Origin: the human T2T-CHM13v2.0 reference genome, Homo sapiens
Reading direction: 5' to 3' (one strand)
NCBI RefSeq assembly: GCF_009914755.1
Contig: NC_060933.1
Length of the DNA: 64,000 bases
Below, piece after piece: positions 56,651 through 64,000 of this stretch. Under the pieces are notes generated by a model that ran no database searches, was not told where the DNA came from, and was given only the letters and a program-made list of their open reading frames with translations. The position numbers and the translations under genes were made by a program. Within the stretch, counting starts at the first letter, position 1. Every line of letters starts with the position of its first letter.

Positions 56651-57116
56651 GAAAGGTGACCTCGTGCCTAGCTTCTCTGTGGTTTTTACAAAGGAAGAGA
56701 CAGTATCAACTACTTGGAAACAAGAAGGAAGTCCCTGAGCAATAGATCTAACTTCTGACCATAATATCTCATGGGTCTAGTTTATCCCCAGTTTTAATAT
56801 TTAATTTCCATAGTCGGTTAGATTTAGGAGGGAGAAATCCCTTGAATGTCCCTGGAGCATCCCTACCCTGGATTGGAAGAAGAGGGCCAGGAAACATCAT
56901 CGGGATTTAGTTGTAGCCAAACATTGAAGAAAATTAGGAGAATTCAGGATCTAGTTCAATCTACCGGCATATAAAAAGAACTTCTAAATTATGCATGGGG
57001 TTACAATCTAATAACAGGTATACTTTTGTTCTCCTTAGAAGCATAACTTTTTCTCTCCTCATTGATCATATAGGAAATCTCAGATTTTAGAACCTCTCGA
57101 GGCTAGGAAGCCAAGC
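56650..57116 (-). mobile_element. MER4-group ERV internal sequence, truncated with no 5' LTR
   Basis: AGGAGAATTCAGGATCTAGTTCAATCTAC..GAGGCTAGGAAGCCAA motif shared by MER4-group internal sequences. Confidence 0.65.
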
Positions 57117-60100
57117 TTCTGCTATTACTTGTTTTCTTTTCTTCTGGGACAACCATAATTCTAAAACGGAGTCTCACAATCTACCCCCAGGTTTCTTAAC
57201 TATTTGTTCATATTTGTTTTTAAGTTGCTTGTTTTTCCTCTTTGTTGCATTCTGTATAAGCTCTTCAATGATAAATTCTTATTCACTGTTCTATTTTCAA
57301 CTGTGTTAACTTTAGAATTTTTCTCACATATTGTATTTTTAATAACTTCTTCCTTTTAAAGATTTCTTGTTTCATATATACCTTTTCTTTTTTCATGTTT
57401 TTCTTTAAAAATTACTTTTTTTAAAAAAAGGAATTAATGTACCTATATTTCTTTTTGAATATTTTTATAAAAAAGCATCTGTAAGAATCTTATAAAATTA
57501 TACTGTAAAGTTTTTATTATAAATACAGTTTATGATGTTGTTGGCTATCTTTGCACTAGACTATTTTAAAATGTTTTATCATGAGTCAGTACTTAACAAT
57601 TTTTGGAGTTTGGAGATTGGTTCTTTCTCCCCACCATCCTGAGATCACTTCTTTCTAACCATACTTCAGTTGCCTCTGCTCATCTTTACGGGACCACAAT
57701 AAAAAACCAACTCTTCAATGAAGTTTAGATTTTCTATCCTTTGACTATAATAGGAATATTACAAATTCAGACATAGAGGTAGTTAGTAATTTGGCTCAAC
57801 TCCCTTTTGGAGGCTTTGTTTATCCACTCACCTCCTCATATTTGAAGCTCCCCAGAATTTATAGATACAGGAAGTGATTGATATCATATATTTAATGTTA
57901 CTTAATTTTTTGTCTCCATTCAAAAGCTTATGGAGTAGGGGTGTCCAGTTAGCATTGCCTGGCTTCATTTTGTTAGTACAGTTCAGAATTGTTTATTTTA
58001 CATGAAGCAATTTAGCAGCATTTACCCTGCAGGAGCTGAACTCCTGGCCAACACTGCCTTCTTTTGGGCCTAGTGCTCAGTAAGCCTGCAGCTTCAGTCT
58101 GGCTCATTACTCTGTTTTTATTCTATTTCTGGTACGCAGAGATTTTTATCTTGTATTTGAGCCCAGCAATGCCTTTTGGATTTTCCTTTTTAATATTTTA
58201 TCAATCATTATTATGTGTTTAGAACAGAGAGGGTGATCAAAGCATGAACTCCTTACTCCAACTTGACCTGAATGCCAGTGGCATGGATTTTTCACAAAAC
58301 TGTGTAACTCCTCTATGGAATATTAGACCAACCAATCCTTCCAGCAGATATATTGACCACAGACATAAAGGTACAATTATAAATTATGCAGCATACAGAG
58401 AGGATAGGAAAAACTTAATTCTTCTATCAATGAAAATATTTTGTGTGATATTGAGTTTGATTTTTCCATGGTATTCAACTTAATGGAAAGGTGCAACTGA
58501 GCTATACTATTCTACCTGTAGACTTTGAGAGGCCCTGCTTTTACTTTTCATAAATAGATATTTCAAAGCATATCTCTTTGACTTCTGGTACTACTACAAC
58601 ATATTTTTTTTGCACTACCATTTCTTAAGTAAAAAACGTCTCATAATCTGATATTTTTGATCCTGAATACGATGCCTCTATTTAATAATTGAAAGGTATG
58701 GCTCAAGGCACAAAACCTTAGGTCTACAAAAAAGGTTAGGAGACTTTTTTTCCTTTTTCACTGCTCTTTGAAGTTTTTCTTCATGTATTATTCTTTGTTT
58801 TGCAATGTTTGTCAGATTCACATTGGTGAACATAAGTTAAAACAGAACTATTTTGATGAAACTGAGTAATATTGTTGCAGTATTGGCTTTTCTCTTTAAG
58901 AAAATTTCTGTCGTTGACTGTTCCCTAAGTTTGGAGATAATTATTTTCCATGCCTTAGAATTTATATTGAGCTGTAATTGATTAACTTCCCTACCTTCAT
59001 AGACATAGTGTGCTATATATTTGTATTTTGTGTCTGAGAGCATTAACAAATACAGTGCTATTACATCTTATGTCATTGTGATGCTGAGTCTCTATTTAAG
59101 AAGGTTTTGAGATTTAACATATTATTAGAAATCAATTATCACAGCTTTGCAATGGATACCTAAAAGATTGATTTAACTCTACATTTGGATTGAACTTTCA
59201 AGCTATGACTAAAAAGGTAAGACACGAGGAATCAAGAATGAAACTCTAAGAGAAACCTAAACTTCACACGATTTCATATTAAGCTAATTAATCAGACCTA
59301 TTTCAGACCATATTAGCTGATTAATCAGATGATGGGTTATGAAATCTTTATATGAAGTCCCATGAGGTTTAGGTTTATCTTAGGATTTCATTCAACATTG
59401 AAGAGTTTTCTCCAGTTTTCAACCTGTTGTTGTAAGAGATCACTGAAATAAGAAAATAAATCATATATACTCGGTGATAAAATGTATTTAGCCAAACCTT
59501 ATTAATGAGAAATGGGAAAAAACATTCCCTTATTGCATGAATGCTATGATACTCAAAGATGTATCCAGGAGTTAGAGGGCAGTTTATTTCTAAACACTTT
59601 CCTAAATATGGACAAACAGTAAAATAATAAATAATAAAGTCAGATTTAAAAAATGTAAGGCTACATAACAAACTAACGTCAATTCAGGATAACCTTACTA
59701 CATACAATGCATGCAGGATTATCTTATTCAAATGATATAGCTAAAATATAATACTGTTTTGAGCATTATTACAGCAAAAGCAAATAAGGACACACTATGT
59801 GTTATGTGATTTACAGGGTTGACAGGAAAAACAAACTAAGTACTCCCTGCTACTGACATCCAAGAACATTTATTGCATAAATCTTTATGAATACCTTATG
59901 ATGAAGTAAATGGCAATAGAAAAGTATCCCTTGTTGGGAAATGATTTTTTGTAAGTGACTAAAATACCAATTTTACCTTTGCAGCTTTCTAATTAGCTGC
60001 CTAATTTTAAGCTATGTAGATAAAGGGTTATAAACGTACTTCTTACTTCAGATATACTCCATCAATGATTGTTAATACATTGAATTGGGAGGAAATAAAA

Positions 60101-60462
60101 CATTGGAATATCTGAGGTGATACTGATTTTACTCTTTTCTTTAGTGAGGTATTCCTTCTCATAGGGAAGAACCATAGGTATCTTGAGATCCACCACTTCT
60201 CAGTTTGGAAGCGGGCTAAGAAAATGTCTGTGAACATGGACAACATTTTCCTCATGAATGTCACTTGAGTATTTTCTAATACATAGATACACAGTTTTAC
60301 AAGGCCGTAAATACTATGATGCAAATGATTTTAGCCTAAATAATTTTCAATTTAGAAAATACTAACCAAGTAACAATTACAGTTAATTTTAGCAATGTAA
60401 ATTCATGGTAAATTTTCTAAGACAAATTAATTATCTCCATATAACTGGATGATTTCATCAGA

Positions 60463-61058
60463 TGTATTAATTTTTAATTTCAGTTGTAACTAATTACAAT
60501 AAACACAGTACCTTGGAACAACACCCATTTATTATCTCACACTTCCGTGGGTCAGAAGCCCAGGCACAGAGTGACTCAGCTGTCACTTCTTCTCAATCAA
60601 GGTGTTGGCTGGGCTCAATTCTCATCTAGCGGATTTGGGGAAGGTGCAAACCCGTTCAAGTTGTTGGCCAAATTCAGTTCCCTGCAGTTGTAGAATTGAG
60701 GTCTCCCTTTCCTTGTCATCTGTTAGCCAGGAACATGTGTCTTCTCCTAAAGAACACTCTTTCCTTCTCATGCTCTCCATGTGGCTCCCTTCAGCAACAC
60801 CAGATCAGTTATCTGTTACTTCAATTCTCTCTAAATTCTTCCACTGTCTCTCTCTAAATTCAACCAGAGAAGGTTTTCTACTTTTAAGGGATCATGTGCT
60901 TAATTTGAGCTCATTCTACATAATCTAAGATAGTCTCCCTATTTTAGTCCACAGTGTTAGTTACGCTACCGAAGTCCAATGTGCCATGTAAAATAACACA
61001 CTCACATGTTTGAAGGATAAGGGCATGAACATATATTTGTGAAATGTGCTGTCTACAA
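60463..61058 (-). mobile_element. MLT1 (MLT1D/E-like) LTR
   Basis: ACAACACCCATTTATTATCTCACA..GGGTCAGAAG and AATTCAGTTCCCTGCAGTTGTAG. Confidence 0.8.
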
Positions 61059-62353
61059 TATCTGATTGTTTTTGAAATTTCATGCATGAAGAAATTATAT
61101 ATTTAAGCAATTTACAAAAGTTTTGGATTTTTGTTGTATAAAGTTAACCCATCTGATAATAATTCAATATTCCTCAATTAGTGTACTCCTAATTCTTGAA
61201 GAAAAAAAATGTGACCAGTTTATAGAATGATATAAATTCCCAAGTCTCTGTAATAAGGGATATCTATGCCTAGAAATATAAATTTAGAAGAAAGTTGCCT
61301 GAATTCAGTTTATTGATGTAAGAAAATATATTATCCCATTATATTCTATGACATGTTCAGTAATACATAAATAGGAAGATATTAACTATATAAAATGAAG
61401 ACTAACAGTCCCATTCCATATATACAATATAATACCAATTCATATATGTATATATTCTTGTTGAAACACTGTATTAATATTTTTCCTTAATGTCAACTCT
61501 TGTCTGTTTTCTCTATCTGGTAAAACACTGAAGGAACATTACTTTCTTCATTTTTTTCCATGTATATAAATACATATGCTATTTTTTCTTTCTCCTACTG
61601 TATGGGAATACAGGTGCATTAGAATAAGTAAGCAACCTAGAAATGCATGAAGGAAAATATAATAACCTTCCCCTCACTGAATCCAATTCTCCTCTCTGAG
61701 ATAAAGAAAGCTATCAGTTTAATGTATGCCTTTATAGTCCTTTCCTATACACACAAAATCTCCTTCTCTATATACTTGCATGTGTGTATGTAAGTATAGT
61801 TTATTGAAATACTCCTATGATTATAAAAATTCAGGTTATTTAACATTTTGCTGCTACAAAAACATTTAAATAAGCTCCTTTTATGTGTTTATGTATAATA
61901 TTCTTATTTTTATAGATTATATTTTTTGTGAGTGTAACCAAGACTTAAATATTAATAATGTTCAAAATTTGAAATGACAGGTAATATTCAGAGTATTGTC
62001 CATGAACACTGTGGCCATTAACTTCCTCTAAACAAGGCATGAGGTTAATCAAAGCTGTGCTAGAACAAGGTTTTATCATAATTTTTATATCTATGTTTAT
62101 AGATGGAGACATTACTTAATCATGGTCAATAAGTGGCCTAAATAGGATCTTCTTCTAGATACATTAGATAAAGGAATTATTTTCTCATCTATTGAAAAGC
62201 CATGAAAATATGGTTCTGGGCCCACTAGAAAACATTTTTCATAACCCTGAGCATAATGACAATATAAAGAAAGCATTAATAGAATATGCAGTTTGAGTAG
62301 ATGGACCAGGACATTATAAAAAGACAAGTCTACTCTTAAAACTTCTCAATTAC

Positions 62354-63149
62354 TTTACACTCCCACCAACAGTGTTCCTATTTCTCCACATCCTCTCCAG
62401 CATCTTTTGTTTCCTGACTTTTTAATGATTGTCATTCTAACTGGTGTGAGATGGTATCTCATTGTGGTTTTGATTTGCATTTCTCTAATGATCAGTGGTA
62501 ATGAGCTTTTTTTCATACGTTTGTTGGCCACATAAATGTCTTCTTATGAAAAGTGTCTGTTCATTTCCTTCGCCCACTTTTTGATGGAGTTGTTTGTTTC
62601 TTTCTTGTAAATTTGTTTAAGTTCCTTGTAGATTTTGGATATTAGCCCTTTGTCAGGTGGATAGATTGCAAAAATGTTCTCCCATTCTGTAGGTTGCCTG
62701 TTCACTCTGATGATAGTTTCTTTTGCTGTGCAGAAGCTCTTTAGTTTAATTAGACCAATTTGTCAATTTTGGTTTTTGTTGCAATTGCCTTTGGTGTTTG
62801 AGTTGTGAAGTCTTTGCCCAGGTCTATGTCCGGAATGACATTACCTAGGTTTTCTTCTAGGGTTTTTATGGTTTCAGGTCTTATATATAAATCTTTAATC
62901 CACCTTGAGTTAATTTTTGTATAAGGTGTAAGTAAGGGGTCCAGTTTCAGTTTCTGCATATGGCTAGCCAGTTTTCCCAACAACATTTATTAAATAGGGA
63001 ATCCTTTCCCCATTGCTTGTTTTTGTCAGGTTTGTTAAAGATCAGATGCCTGTAGATGTGTGGTGGTGTTTCTGAGGCCTCTGTTCTGTATTGGTCTATA
63101 TATCTGTTTTGGTACCCATACCATGCTGTTTTGGTCACTCTAGTCTTGT
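62354..63149 (-). mobile_element. L1PA ORF2 C-terminal fragment lacking 3'UTR and poly(A)
   Basis: [20 protein letters not shown] and [15 protein letters not shown]. Confidence 0.92.
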
Positions 63150-63417
63150 TGTACCGCAGATCTCTTTAACTTATTCACTTGCATAACTCAAATTTTATAT
63201 CTCTTATGTCTCATTTCCAAATTAAATGTGGGGTTGTGTCATCCACTATCAGATAAGACACAAAAAGAAAGATACTTCCAATTGACCTTGATTGTCCAAT
63301 GGTTAAGGTTGGATGAGATGGACAATATCTGATGGATAAGTAGTAGGCAATGAGTTATTCCGAAGTCTTGGGAATTTTATAAGCTTTGTTAGAAGTAATG
63401 AGAGAACTTTGATTAAA

Positions 63418-63443
63418 TGCGTGTGTGTGCGTGTGTGTGTGTG
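63418..63443. repeat. Imperfect (GT)n
   Basis: Read directly. Confidence 0.9.
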
Positions 63444-64000
63444 TATTTTTTCTGAATCTAAGCTGATCCAGAACAAGAGATTAAGATTATACTGTGAAAG
63501 AAAACTCTTAAATACACAGGCGGAGCAGAAGTGAAGAGGGAGAACTGTAGGAAGAGAGATGGTCATATTTTTTCTTTTTTTATTTTTCATTAGCAAATTA
63601 TTCAAATGAATGGCATGATATAGAAACCGTTAACTTCAAAACTGAATGTTACATAGTCCCAACGTTTTTTTTTTAAAGTTCTTGGAACTGGTGATGCATG
63701 ACCTGACTCTATTTTACATGTCAGTGAATTATAAGAATAGAAATTCTTTTTTTCATTTTATCATTTAGTTATATCATCTTCAGCTGAAAAAATTCAGTAC
63801 CCATTCTTCACATGTGTGTTGCAATAAAAATAAGCTAGGTAGGGCTTGTTTACTATTAAGTAAAATTACTAACTTAAAATGTCAATGCATAGCTTCATAT
63901 TATTAAACTAATCACTCGTTTTTAAGACAATTATTTATCTCTTTAATAGTCCATTGAATAATTAGCTATATTTCTGTGAAAAATATTCAATTTATATATT

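Overview
AT-rich primate genomic DNA, almost certainly human because it carries a consensus-identical AluYa5. Most of the window is transposable elements. These include a 5'-intact L1PB, a nested L1ME/L1MC/L1PA stack, about ten Alus, MaLR and ERV1 solo LTRs, a truncated class I ERV with integrase and env remnants, Tigger/hAT DNA transposons and MIR/L2 relics. I cannot support any host protein-coding exon, RNA gene or CpG-island promoter; every recognisable ORF is repeat-derived. All L1 pieces lie on the minus strand, which suggests an intron of a plus-strand transcript. I did not find a convincing new biological system. The best leads are mechanistic: an apparent ancient L1 3' transduction, an unexplained 288-bp segment captured at an L1 5' junction, an Alu target-site duplication that duplicated a consensus splice donor, a 25-bp hairpin split by an Alu, a pristine AluYa5, and a RUNX/ETS/GATA motif cluster. 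Subfamily names come from recalled consensus sequences, and boundaries of old repeats are approximate.
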